A stretch of 64,000 nt of DNA from Laetmonice hystrix (Eukaryota): positions 55,120,001-55,184,000 of the forward strand of contig OZ249436.1 in the NCBI GenBank assembly GCA_965235115.1, in the 5' to 3' direction. Position 1 is the first letter of the stretch; every line of letters begins with the position of its first letter. The notes beneath the pieces were generated by a model that did no database searches, had not been told where the DNA came from, and worked only from the letters and a program-made list of their open reading frames with translations. Both the position numbers and the translations under genes were made by a program. This document shows positions 13,611 to 26,310 of this stretch, one piece after another.

Positions 13611-16417
13611 GACAAAAACTCATGCTCATATCTTCATATGTTCGGAGTGATGTTGACGCCCATATAAAATGTCACAGATTAATTAGACTTTCAAGAACGT
13701 ATACAAAACAAAAACGCTGCAGCATCCAAGTCATTCAAGAACTCGTACTGGTTGCACTTTTTGTATGGTCCTATTCCGCGGTTTATCCTGACTACGGTCC
13801 GATGTTATGTGACTGCAGTCTCGGGATCCATTTGGAAAATTCCAGGTGATGAATCGATAGAAGACAACCTCCTCCCACACACTGTAATAATGACGACGCT
13901 GAGTTGAGAAGTGTGTTCTTCCGAGCAGTACTGCTGGGGTAGCATTATGATACTTAACTTAAGCAAGACTGGAAAGGTTACAGTGGAAACGGGCAAAAAA
14001 TACGAATGGGAGGGAATTTTCCAGATGGTTTGTACTGTACTGCCTATATAAAAATAATTCATTTCTCAATCATCATTACAATATAGTGAAACCTTACACG
14101 TTGAACCCCGTTTAAGAAATGTATTTTCAAAGACCCGTTCATCCGTGCACCGTAAAGATGATCGCGGGCTAATTCAACACTACGGTGGTTGATTGGAGTA
14201 GGCTTTAGGCGTGACACGGAAAACATAGCAATGTTGGAGTGAAACATGTTATGGGAAGAATCCGTTCGTCTTGGCACTTTAATGGATGCCTATACGGCTT
14301 CTCGTCCTGTCACTGTTAGTGCTCTCCTTGTCCCAGACTCAAGGTACAGGATGCACTTTGACACACTATAAGGGACCAATCTACAACTACCGGCAGTTAG
14401 GTCAATAGACACTATAGCGCATGTCTTTTTGTTTATTATTTATTATATTATTAATTTGGTTTAATTTTACTATGGAATTCTCTATTATGGAATTGTGGGA
14501 ATCAGCATCGATGAAATGCAAAATGTCTACTCAACATAATGATGTTGAGGTGTCGTAGATATTATCTTTAATTCGTCAAGAAATGAAAACAACTAAAAGG
14601 CTAGTGCTAGCAATGTTCTGGTCGTGTTGGCCCTAACCGTGAGACGTAAGGGCAATTAGAAATTTCGACCAGTCCACCCAATCATCCGCAGTCAAAATAA
14701 TAGACCCGTGCAGTACAACTTTGATTCTGAATTTAGAGTTTTCGAATCAGTCTTTTAAAAGAAAACAAAAGAACTGGCTCAAAAGTATGATACCCGTCCC
14801 TTTATAGTATCAGATTATATATAATACCCCATCCCCTTGATTCAAGGGTACAGTCATTGGTTTTAATGTGTTTGTGATTGTTTAATATCACATACATTGT
14901 TAATACGTTGTGTAGCGACATAAGAGTTACATACTATTCTATAATTCTATATGATTCATTTGTATAAGTAGCAGGCGTTTGTGGATGATCAACTGTTGTA
15001 GGTTAAACATACATGTACTGCCTGGATAAATAAAGTATTCAAAAAAAATAGTAGGACCGTTATTTGGTATGGATCGGTACCGCTGCACAGGTTGGCGGTA
15101 ATTTCCGCCTTGAGACCCGAGTAGGGCTCCGGTGTATACTGTTGTGTTCAGTTTACCTGCTGCTGGCATTGTGACAGATTGATGGATCACTGTGACTTAT
15201 TGGTGTACAGTGTGTCTCGGAGTTTCCCGTATCTCTTACACATGTCACCTCGGCGGCTAATAATCCCTTATACACTTTTGGCCTATAACAATTTTACCTA
15301 ATGCACCGACCTTTATTATATGGGCCTACCTCCGGCCAATCACAACACCTGTACTCGCCTCTTACCCCTCTGACCAATAACAATCTCTAGATTGGCCTCC
15401 CTACACTGCTCTCCCAATTGTGAAATTGAGAAGTTTATCCCTCAGCCATAATTAAAGTGTTTGAACGACTTAAAGTTATAGCATTACTGCAGGCTCTCTT
15501 GAGTGGGCAGTACACATCTGGGGATTAAAATAATCTCTATTAACCGTCCCTCAACACATACATACTGACCTCACATAATGCTGACAACACCTCTTGGCCA
15601 TGCAACGACATATATCATCTGTTCTGGCCTGATACACAGCTCTTCTATTCCGTATCATTTCTCCCCTACAGACCTTTATTAAATAGTAGAGACTGATGCA
15701 CGCATGCACTGAATCTTTATCATGGATACTGTTGTATACAATATATCTGCTTAGTAATATCATCTAGAGGGCATAGTTTTCCCATCTATCTACCGGTAAA
15801 TGTTCCTGACCCCTACTCTGTCCTCAAGCTCACAGGAGCAGCTGTAAATCAATTATGAAATAATTATGTCCAGAAAAACAAATAAGAATGTTATTTATCG
15901 CTACCTTTACAACCGTAGCATTGGCCATTTATTTATTACGACCCATTGTGCCGCTATAATTTGCCACATGACCTAATGATGGAAGGACACAACAATGTTG
16001 TTCCAGCGGCTTCCAAGGGCACTCATTTCAAGCCACCTCTGTGTTTGTTCACTAATATCACGACTACTACGCTTCAAATCGGATTTCCACATAACCTACA
16101 CGCGTTTTTTCTAGGGTTGCCTCAGCAACAGTGAGTGGTCTGTTTTTGTATTTATTATCTAGGCTCTTAGTAGTTACTAGCAGAACCTACGATTACAGTC
16201 ATTCTATTTTCTAGACATTAATTTTGAAGAAAATTATTCCGGAGGCTTCTGAAAGTAATTAGGTTTTACACAGCGATATGACTGGAAATACACAATATGT
16301 ATTTAATATTCTATATTCGTCGAAAGGTAATTGACTCATTTTTTAAATACAACAATGTACATGTAAGTAGTCTCTTTCTTTTTTTTTTTTTTTTTTTTTT
16401 TGATTGCTTTATTTACC

Positions 16418-16461
16418 CTGGCTAGACGTCAGCGTTGCCGCTGGTTTTCACAGTCAGCCAG
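16418..16461 (-). promoter_or_regulatory. LINE 3'-terminal stem-loop (putative RT recognition element)
   Basis: Sense strand CTGGCT-GAC-TGTGAAAAC-CAGCG-GCAA-CGCTG-AC-GTC-T-AGCCAG: nested stems with a GCAA loop, just before AATAAA and poly(A). Confidence 0.7.
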
Positions 16462-16798
16462 CAAGTTGTACAGCGTCGGAGAGTTTCACAATTACAGAAT
16501 TCTGTATATTTAATAAACATTTAGAGAAAACAAGGCCCTCCCTGGGCTCTTAGTCTTTAAAAGTAATATAAACATAGATACGTATGAGAGACAGCACAAA
16601 TGAGTTAAGTTACCAACGTAAGAAACTCAGTTGTGAGTTATTATAGTACATGCCGTGCAATATATCACAGTACAGTCGTAAACTCTGGGCCATACACATG
16701 CTCATGCACATTTTAGCTGCTATCTCAAGACGCTATCATACAATTGGAGCGACATAAGTGTTACACAGGGCCGAACAATGCACACCGCAATGGTAAGT

Positions 16799-19681
16799 TC
16801 ATTCATCAACTGGGAAAAGGGTTGAGCTCAGCATACAGTTCTTCTGATAGTACTTAAACTGGTTGTATGTTGGGATGTTTCGTATGCTTACAGTTAGGTC
16901 ATTCCAGGCTATGGCACCTCTATATAGCGGGTTTCTCTTAAATTTTTCCAGTTTAGGTTGCGGGACCTTAAACACTAGGGCCTCATGAGTTCTGGTAGTA
17001 ATGTTTCGGGTATCAACAATATCTAGTGAGTTTTGTTGCTTGTACATAAAGTTTCTGAGGTGTGCCAGCCTTCGTGGGACTAATTTTGCAGTGTTACACC
17101 TTCGATGTAAGTCGATGGTTGAAATATAACCCATTTCATTAATACAGATTCTGAGACCGCGGTTCTGTAAAGTTTGGAGCTTTTTCATATCCGACTGGTT
17201 ACCACCATCATATATAATGTCCCCATAATCCAGGATGGGAAGAATCATAGTTTTATATATCGCTAAGCTCGCTTGGAATGTAATAAGCCCCCTTATCTTA
17301 GCTAATATATAAGTTTTGTGTGCAACTAGTCGGTGACAGTTGTCAATATGCTTGTTGAAGGTTAATTGAGCATCCAGAGTAATTCCTAAATATTTATAGC
17401 AGTATGTCCGTTCAATATTCCTGTTATTAAACACCAGGTTATGGTTCTTGATCTTTTTGGTTTGTGATTTTAACCCATATAGTACATATTTAGTCTTTTT
17501 AGGGTTGATAGTCAGCTTATTACTCACAGCCCATTCAGCTAAGCCAGTCAAGTCATCTTGGATATGCCTGGTGACATCAGCGATGGCTCTGCCAGACTTA
17601 AAGACTACGGTATCATCTGCATGGAGTTGGATGTTTGAAAAACGTATGGCAGTAAACATATCATTTACATAAACTAGGAAGAGTAGAGGGCCCAGAACCG
17701 ATCCTTGCGGTACTCCACAGACTATTTCCTTTTTCTCTGAGAGAGCATTGTTGCATGATGTGCGTTGGGAACGGTTGGTGAGATAATCAGTGAACCATTG
17801 TTGCGATAGACCTTTGACTCCTAAAAAATCTAATTTTTTTAAGAGAATCGAGTGATTAACCGTATCAAAAGCTTTTGATAGGTCTATGAAAGTGGCAATC
17901 GTGACTTCTCCGTCATTCAGTGCTTTAAAAAGTTTATCAACAAGGTTTACCACTGCGCCAGTGGTAGAGTGGTTCGGACGGAATCCACTTTGTCGCTCGT
18001 CTAGCAGGTTATTTTCTTCGAGATGGTTGCGAAGTCTGTTACCTACCACCTTCTCCATTAGTTTCCCTGGGATGGGGAGGAGTGAGACCGGTCTTAGGTT
18101 TGAAACGTCGGCTTTGTTACCCTCTTTTTGAAGAGGAATAATGGTAGCACACTTCCAGTCTTGAGGAAAAATCCCGGTCATGAATGATAGGTTAAACAGA
18201 CGAGCTATCTTATCGGGGACAGCAAGGAATGCATCCTTTAAAACCTTACTAGAAATGGTATGAACTGACGACGCTTTGTAGATATTTATTTGTTTTGTCA
18301 GGCTAATGACTTCGTCAATGGTTGTCAGGATGTCACCCATTCTGTGGTCACATTTTGTACCCTTGTACTCCCATCTGGTATTGTGCTGCCTCGCAAGTTT
18401 AGGTCCAATATTAACAAAGAAGTTATTTACATAATCTGCAGTGCGATGTTCTTCAACAATGTTATCTGTTTCTGCATCAGTAAGATTAAAGGTAATCGCT
18501 TGCGATTTATTATTGGGTAGCACTTGTTTAATTGTTTGCCAGAATTTCTTGCTGTTGTCACTATTAGCTTCGAGATTGTCTTTAATAAAATCAGACTTGG
18601 CCCTACGTACTCTACCCAGTGTAAGGTTCCTTAAGGTTCTAGCTATTTCACGGTCTTCCGGGTTCTTAGTGCGCCGAGCCCGTTTCAGGGCATAGTCCTT
18701 GTCTTTAATAAGCTCGAGTAGCTCAGGGTTAATCCAAGGGTCCTTTTCTTGTTTGATTTTAAACATTTTTAATGGGCACATCTTGTCAATTATCTCCTTA
18801 ATACTACTAAGGAGAATATTCCAGGCTCTATCTGGGTGTGTTGCGGCATCGAATCCCTGCCAATCAATGTCCCTAAGGCGATCTTTAAAATCCGTAGCGT
18901 TATATTGCCTGTAGGATCTCCCGGTAAAGGACACTTTCTTTTTAACAGATACTCCTTTCTTCCTCGTCACGTAAACCATAATGTGATCACTAATGTTACA
19001 GTCCACTAGTCCTGAGTTAGCAATAAATTCCGAGTTGGTCAGGATCAGGTCCAGGCAGCTACATCTCCTATCAGATAATCTAGTAGGTTCGGTAATCAGT
19101 TGACGTAGGCCATTAGATCTGATCAGGTTAGATAACAATTTTGTGTTTTCATTTTTTTTATCGAGGTAGTCAATGTTAAAGTCGCCCAAGACGAAGACGT
19201 CTTGCCTAGTTAGACTGACTTCTGATAAGGCGGCGCCAATACTTTCTATAAAAGATTTGGGATTACCTTGGGGAGGTCTGTACACTGTGGCGACTATAAT
19301 TTTTCGTTGGTTTATCGGCTTAAGCGTTATCCATTGGATCTCGATATTTGAGTTACTGAGGTTAAGATTGCATAGGTCGGTTTCCGAGAAGGGAATCCCT
19401 GATCTAATAAAAGTCGCAACGCCCCCTCCTTTTTTGGGGCTGGAGCCATGGTTTCCTTGAGAGTTCCAGGTTCTATCGGATCTAGTTAGGTTAAAGCCGG
19501 GGATGGAAATCATATTATCAGATAGTTGAGTGCTAAGCCAGGTTTCCGAGATAGATAGAACGTCAAGTCTCGAGTTAGCCATATAGTTTTTGAGAAGGTC
19601 TACCTTCCTGAAGATGCTCCTAGTGTTCAGATGTGCTAAGTGTAGGCCCTTACGACTAGTTACCAATGTTAGGTCTTCCAT
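16799..19681 (-). CDS. LINE ORF2: apurinic-like endonuclease plus reverse transcriptase, 960 aa
   Basis: Endonuclease motifs HLNTRS, SISETWL, VYRPP, GDFN, SDH. RT motifs RPVSLL, QSGFR, FIDLSKAFDTV, GVPQGSVLGPLLF, HADDT, YKYLG. CR1-like C-terminus (ILPILDYGD, LQTLQNR). Confidence 0.96.
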   Translation of the reverse strand: MEDLTLVTSRKGLHLAHLNTRSIFRKVDLLKNYMANSRLDVLSISETWLSTQLSDNMISIPGFNLTRSDRTWNSQGNHGSSPKKGGGVATFIRSGIPFSETDLCNLNLSNSNIEIQWITLKPINQRKIIVATVYRPPQGNPKSFIESIGAALSEVSLTRQDVFVLGDFNIDYLDKKNENTKLLSNLIRSNGLRQLITEPTRLSDRRCSCLDLILTNSEFIANSGLVDCNISDHIMVYVTRKKGVSVKKKVSFTGRSYRQYNATDFKDRLRDIDWQGFDAATHPDRAWNILLSSIKEIIDKMCPLKMFKIKQEKDPWINPELLELIKDKDYALKRARRTKNPEDREIARTLRNLTLGRVRRAKSDFIKDNLEANSDNSKKFWQTIKQVLPNNKSQAITFNLTDAETDNIVEEHRTADYVNNFFVNIGPKLARQHNTRWEYKGTKCDHRMGDILTTIDEVISLTKQINIYKASSVHTISSKVLKDAFLAVPDKIARLFNLSFMTGIFPQDWKCATIIPLQKEGNKADVSNLRPVSLLPIPGKLMEKVVGNRLRNHLEENNLLDERQSGFRPNHSTTGAVVNLVDKLFKALNDGEVTIATFIDLSKAFDTVNHSILLKKLDFLGVKGLSQQWFTDYLTNRSQRTSCNNALSEKKEIVCGVPQGSVLGPLLFLVYVNDMFTAIRFSNIQLHADDTVVFKSGRAIADVTRHIQDDLTGLAEWAVSNKLTINPKKTKYVLYGLKSQTKKIKNHNLVFNNRNIERTYCYKYLGITLDAQLTFNKHIDNCHRLVAHKTYILAKIRGLITFQASLAIYKTMILPILDYGDIIYDGGNQSDMKKLQTLQNRGLRICINEMGYISTIDLHRRCNTAKLVPRRLAHLRNFMYKQQNSLDIVDTRNITTRTHEALVFKVPQPKLEKFKRNPLYRGAIAWNDLTVSIRNIPTYNQFKYYQKNCMLSSTLFPVDE

Positions 19682-20065
19682 GTGAGAGTGAATTCAGCAT
19701 AGCATGTTCTACGTACGTTTAACGCTATCTTCATCGTATCCCAAATATAAGTACATAAACTGATGTTGTGATGACCTTGGTGTATGCATATGTTGCTACC
19801 AGGGTCATAAACAGCAGACTGAGTCATGAGAGAGTCGTAATACCTTAGTGGCCGACTACACATGGGTGGAAGCCAGCCCCTCCGTTTGAAAACCTATCAG
19901 CAGCATTATACATATTTATCTACAAGCCTCGTGCGTCATATAGCAGTGAACAATATTAAGCTATTTACACGCCTTCATTAGTTGGATACGTTCTCAACAT
20001 CCTACAATTGGGGTCGGTATCCTCCTTGGGACACATTCCAGATAGATACATGCATTTCGCCCGGG

Positions 20066-21165
20066 CCACCTTCTCCAGTGAGATCGGTGATTCAGGCTTG
20101 GTGAGGTCTTAGACAAGCTATACACACTATACAGGGGATTGAGTTTGTCCAACAGCAAAATACTCCCATTCCCGCCATTGTACCACCTTCTGCAGTGAGA
20201 TCGATGGTTCAATCTTGAGGGGATCCCAATATGATTTGATTCGACAAACAATGTATAATTAAACACACACATTCCCGGTAATTGGGCCACCTTCTGCAGT
20301 GAGATCGGTGGTTCCAACTTGAGGGAATCCTAACACAGTATACCTCGGCAAACAATGTATATACAAGTACACCCATTCCCCGTCAGTGTACCACCTTCTG
20401 CAGTGAGATCGATGGTTCAATCTTGAGGGGATCCCAATATGATTTGATTCAACAAACAATGTATAATTAAACACACACATTCCCGGTAATTGGGCCACCT
20501 TCTGCAGTGAGATCGGTGGTTCCAACTTGAGGGAATCCTAACACAGTATACCTCGGCAAACAATGTATATACAAGTACACCCATTCCCCGTCAGTGTACC
20601 ACCTTCTGCAGTGAGATCGATGGTTCAATCTTGAGGGGATCCCAATATGATTTGATTCAACAAACAATGTATAATTAAACACACACATTCCCGGTAATTG
20701 GGCCACCTTCTGCAGTGAGATCGGTGGTTCCAACTTGAGGGAATCCTAACACAGTATACCTCGGCAAACAATGTATATACAAGTACACCCATTCCCCGTC
20801 AGTGTACCACCTTCTGCAGTGAGATCGATGGTTCAATCTTGAGGGGATCCCAATATGATTTGATTCAACAAACAATGTATAATTAAACACACACATTCCC
20901 GGTAATTGGGCCACCTTCTGCAGTGAGATCGGTGGTTCCAACTTGAGGGAATCCTAACACAGTATACCTCGGCAAACAATGTATATACAAGTACACCCAT
21001 TCCCCGTCAGTGTACCACCTTCTACAGTGAGATCGATGGTTCAATCTTGGGGGGATCCCAATATGATTTGATTCAACAAACAATGTATAATTAAACACAC
21101 CCATTCCCCGTCAGTGTACCACCTTCTACAGTGAGATCGATGGTTTTGACATGAGGGAATCTTGA
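20066..21165. repeat. Tandem array with a 208-bp higher-order unit made of two alternating 104-bp monomers
   Basis: CCACCTTCTGCAGTGAGATCG recurs at 20183, 20287, 20391 and onward every 104 bp, with alternating A/B bodies. Diverged monomers occur at 20066 and 21119. Confidence 0.95.
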
Positions 21166-21746
21166 CATGAAGTATCAGAGTGAACATCACCTAATACATG
21201 CGTAAGTCTACGTGGCATCGGAATGACTAGGCTAATTTACCAGATTAGACAGGAAGGACTTCATGAAGAGATGGGCCCATAAACCTAGCGTTTGTTCAGA
21301 GGGATGGAGCCCATCAGCGAGACGGTTGTACTTATGGCAGAGCCTATGATGTATTTTAGCATGGACCGTGGTTTGCAACCAGGGACTTCGAACCGGCCGA
21401 GCTCAAGGGGTAGAATGCAGGATGTGTGATGCCCCTTGACAACTCAAGATGGGGTTTTATATGAGCCAGTGGTCTTATAATATTGCATTTCCAGTTTCTG
21501 GATAAAAAAGCTTGCTTTGGGAAGCAAAGAATTCTTATTGGTAATTATAACGTGAACAGAGGTGTCAAAAACCTCTGAAACAATATGATTTAAGCTGAGG
21601 ATGCATGTACATTACTTTTACCAACTTATTGAACAACTTCCTAAACACCTGATTAAATAAGCAAAAGAGGTGAGTTAATTACGTAAAACTTTTGTCATTT
21701 TCTCATTGAAAGCATTCTTTCATTGGGGGTTGGATGGGTTGTGTCC

Positions 21747-21908
21747 ATGAAGAGGGGGCGTGGGGTATGAAGAGGGGGCGTGGGGTATGAAGAGGGGGCG
21801 TGGGGTATGAAGAGGGGGCGTGGGGTATGAAGAGGGGGCGTGGGGTATGAAGAGGGGGCGTGGGGTATGAAGAGGGGGCGTGGAGTATGAAGAGGGGACG
21901 TGGGGTAT
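21747..21908. repeat. 20-bp G-rich minisatellite, about 8 copies
   Basis: TGGGGTATGAAGAGGGGGCG repeated. Confidence 0.95.
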
Positions 21909-23858
21909 AATGAAGGCGGACGTAGAAACCTGTATTAAATCAGCAGTGTCTTTCTTGTATTGACCGTGTAAAGTGTCACAGGTTGGTATGCCTACCTCTG
22001 GAGTCTGACTCCCTATATTTTCACATCGAGTCATACGGTTTCCTCCCTCAGTCTCTGATTCATTACAATGCCATCCTGATTCATCACCATTCTTTCGTCT
22101 CTTTCACGGTTTCACGAATAAAGTGTCAAGAATTGGATATCCCATATTATGCCTCAAGTTCCAAGGGAGAAAAACTTGGATCGTACTGTGTAATGGATAT
22201 AGACTTGAGAAACTTGCAATCGACAATTCCAGCTTCCCATTATAATATCTTTAGGGAAGAATCGCCCCCAAGATTAAGTTGGCAATCATAAAGATTAATC
22301 TCAGACTACATCTAAAAATAATGGGAAAGGGGGTTTTCAACGAAAGGGATTCATACTAGACTCTAATTAAATCGACAGCATCTCTTATAAAAGTCCATGG
22401 CTGGCTGGGCAACTGTCCTGTTTCAGTGATGAGGGAAACTTGTTCTCCGATATCACATCATTTATGTTCTAAATATTTTACAGCAGACACGGTGACTGTC
22501 GCCCCTATCTGAACGGTAAGAGGCTGTAACCCATGGTATTTTCTTGTAGTCTAAACCACTGTCATACTCTGACACAACACAACAGGCGTTCCTGATTTCA
22601 CGCATGACGTGGCATGAAATAGTCCTGATGATTACATGGGAAATATGGATACTGCGTGCACTATCCGACATTTCTTGTATTGATTACAGTTTTATGTCGG
22701 TCTTGGGAAATGCTGCAGAGTATTAGACAACGCACCCACGCACAATATACTGTGGGAATATGTTTTATAAATCCATCTTGAATGTCATCTCCTCATCATG
22801 CCTGCGAGACCAAGGGACTATATTCGGAAACCAAACCTGCATTTATAAATTCACGCTTTGTATAAATGTAGGAAAATACTCAATCTAAAATCGACATCCT
22901 TTTTCATGTGGACTGAGAGGACTACACCTCGGGTCTGATGTTTGTTGATGGTGTCCAAGCCCTATCCTGTATCCGCTTCTATTCCTACAGTAACTACCCT
23001 TTCCCTGCCTTTCCTTTCATCGCATCATCTCCGTTTTACATGATATAGATACGGAAGTCAGGGGTGGCACTTAGTGGTCAAATAACAAAACCTCATGAAT
23101 GACCCGTGATCAGAACGGTTTTCATGATCTCCAATCTGTAATAAATCGATGGGTCTCACCACTTTCTATTTCGCTCTCAGCAAACAGGAAACAGTTGAAA
23201 ATGCTCAGAACTATTTTTGAGCTAAAACTCCTACAACTGCAATTTCGAAACAACTTTTCTCTAATATGATGTGGCTCTATTAGCAAAAGGCCTAACTGAA
23301 CGTCAGCCAATATGGAAGAAAACGTGGCAGAAAAACTAGGCCTATTTCAGCACGTTAAATATTTCGACTGAAGAGTGCAGCGAGGCACTTCCCGCGCCTC
23401 AGTGTATGTCTGGCTTTTAATAAGCTTTCGTAAATCCGGTTATACGAAGTGGCAATCTATCGACATTGAAGTCGGTCTAGTCTATAGAAGATCAAGTACT
23501 GCTCTAAGATTATTCAACGAAACTTAATACAGAGCAATATTCAATTTCTTATGAATATTTATAGTATAAAATTGAATCTATTTCAAATGAAACAACAGAT
23601 GCAGTTTTTACCCGGGCCTCACTGTCTAGTGCCAACAGAGATATGAATGACAGTGATACCATAAGTTCATATTATACATTATAACATAATGGAATTTATT
23701 GGATTTGGAAGGTGAAGCTCTGTGAGGAAAAGAAACGTGGGAGGCCAGCGCCATCTAGTGTTGCAGAAAGGAATTAGACGAGGACCAATCAGCTTCATCT
23801 TTACGTCGACCGCTTGAGCCACTTGCATTTCCACGTGGCAGCGGCAACACTAACTTAC

Positions 23859-23938
23859 AACGACTGGCAATATATATAATAAATATAACATTTTTTGGAA
23901 TTTACTGGAACCCCTGCCAAATACCCGCTGACTGGCAT
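23859..23938 (-). CDS. Possible alternative first coding exon (MPVSGYLAGVPVNSKKCYIYYIYCQS-), phase 2
   Basis: 80 nt open from ATG to TT|GTAAGT, with an ETS-like CCGGAAGT just upstream. A shorter phase-0 reading (MLYLLYILPVV) is also possible. Confidence 0.35.
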
Positions 23939-26310
23939 CTTGAATGACGACTTCCGGTGCCGGTTGACGTAAAGACCGACTTCCACTACACCGGCAGACA
24001 GACTGGCACACACCCACACACACCCACTCGATCAACCCTCAATCCCTAACAGCAGGCGCGGCATGAAAATGGAATGATGACACCAGCTTCTTTCATTTAG
24101 AAAAATCTTCTCATGTTCGTTCGTGTGCGTGACCGGGAACTCCCCCACCCACCGCCGCACACACAAATGGGATTTTACGCTGCATGTTCAACCTTCACAA
24201 GCGACCTCTTCTGTCGGGAAAAGCTGGATAATTTAACAGAAAACCATTTGCAATGATTATTTCAAGGCAGATTATCAGTCAATGACGTCCCCCTGCGGAT
24301 AAAACACCTTAGATTTGACGTGCGGAACTTTTGTGTTTTTGGTGTGTTTTTTTTGTTTTGTTTTGTTGTTTCCTTGGAAAATTCTACAATCAGATAATAC
24401 ATTAGAAAATCGGGGATCGAGCCCTGCCAGGAAACAAGACAATACCTAAGATATATTAAAGAAGACACAGAAAGGATATAGCCCATGTAAAATGATATGG
24501 AGCTTACAGTATGCAGGTTATTTCTGTGGATTAAGTATTGTATTTCTTAATCTGAATATTTATAAAGAGAAACAGATAGCTTTACTTCACGGAAAATTTT
24601 TTATAAACGAGAATATATTAAATGCACAATTATATTATATTGGAAATGTTAATCACATACTTCAGATTTAATAACATGCAATCAAAGGCTTCTAGAGGCG
24701 AGAAATGACAGCATGTCATGTGCTGATCGGCACACACAACATGATTGGCCATCCGACGACTTGAATAGTTCTCCTAATGAGGGGCGGGCAGGCGTGAGGC
24801 TGTTACTGTCTGTGTGTCCCCGACTGACTGACATCGACTGATCCAAGTCCGTGTCATCATGTCGTGACGTCATGTCAGCCACCGTCCCCGCCGCCGGCGT
24901 CCTTGGTTGTGAGGCAGCCAGCCGTGCCGGGTGTTTACTGATGACAGTTGGTGGCTGTCGGTAACTAAGGCCATCTTCTCATCACTTATAAACCCCCACC
25001 GGTATTGGTGGACAGAACATTCCATCACAGTATCTGTGGATATTTCCTAACATGAGGACTTTAATATCTCTGGCAATCCATCATACGAGTGATAAGGACT
25101 TGGCGTAGCATTGAATCGGCGAAAAATACACCGAATAGTCGATAAAATTCCAGTTAATTTAAAATAGGATTTTTTAAAACAAACCTATACGGAAAGTGAG
25201 GAAACTCAGATCACAAGGTCTTCATACAGCAGTGGACCCTACAGTCTAGGCCTACATGTGTAGCCGATACCATAAGGATTATACGATATTGTTATACTAC
25301 AGTTATTTATACAGTCTACATTTTCCTAAATCCATAGAATTATAGATTAACCACTTTAAGATTAGATTATGAAAAGCCGCCAATGGGCCCGATGTAGCAG
25401 CGCTGTACCGGCTGACTGTCATTAAAATGACAGTGTCGTGCTTTATACCTTCCACTCTACATGGTCTTTACATTGCCCCATTTATACTATTTCTCCAGGG
25501 CCTGGTGTGTCATCATTTCAACTGGTATTGGTATTTCAACTGCTAGGTTTATGTCGAGCAAGGAATGAATTTGACGTGAACCTGAGAATCGAAGTTTCCA
25601 AAGCGTCAGTACTCTGGGTATCAATCATCGACCGGGACCTTCAGAGGGTTTCTCGAATGATCATGGCCAATTTAAAATGTTGTTTGAAATCATTTTCACT
25701 GCAAAAAAACGAACTGGGAGAGCATCTTTTTTTCTTTTTGCTGCTTGTTGCTCCCCCTCCCCCGTTTACAAAATCAGAAAAGTACTCTGTCTCTGATATT
25801 CGGTCGCGGTTTGAGACTGAAGCACCCGGCTCGAGCCGTTCAGATGGAGTGAAACTATAGGCTCTACAGGAGCGGAAACTCCAGACCGATGGAAGATACA
25901 GACTGCATCACCAGGAGGACACCGAGTCTGACAGTTGTCTCTCTCAGGATGACTACTGACAGCTGCAAATACGACCCAACACAAAACTACGCCTGCAGTT
26001 GAAATTCCACAGCCTCATTCTATAGTTAAAAGCCAACCCAGGAGCTTTAAAAACTTCCAGACAGCGAGAAGAAGACATTCAATAAAAGATAAAATTTCAT
26101 GTCGTAATGAGTAGAGGTTCTCAGAGATTTAATAGTTGCAATTAGTTCCTCAATGAAATCTCCATTTTGAGTGTAAAATCGAAGAAAGAACCATGCTGAA
26201 GACTTCTGATTACCAGTATCATTATTATTATTATCATTAAAATAACTACCATTCTTCGCAAGGAAATGAATATCGGGTAATTGATTGGATTTCGATTTGT
26301 GGCGAAGCAT

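Larger units (their letters stand above)
16379..19681 (-). mobile_element. CR1/L2-group non-LTR retrotransposon (LINE); the 5' end may extend to about 21200
   Basis: Intact APE+RT ORF, a 3' UTR of about 400 bp, a terminal stem-loop, AATAAA, and a 23-nt poly(A) tail (T-run at 16379-16401 on +). Confidence 0.93.

Noticed and set aside
19994..21104. Repeated 73-107-aa ORFs as a LINE ORF1
   Set aside because: They are by-products of the 208-bp repeat, mostly with non-ATG starts and with no RRM, PHD, esterase or coiled-coil features.
20066..21165. CRISPR-like look: a 21-bp conserved repeat with intervening sequence, next to a reverse transcriptase
   Set aside because: The intervening sequences are only two alternating, mutually related bodies rather than unique spacers. 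There are no cas genes, the RT is a eukaryotic LINE type, and the context is eukaryotic.
21195..21212. TACATGCGTAAGTCTA as the TSD partner of TACATGTAAGTAGTCTC at about 16358
   Set aside because: Only a gapped partial match built on a very common local word; the LINE 5' end remains undefined.
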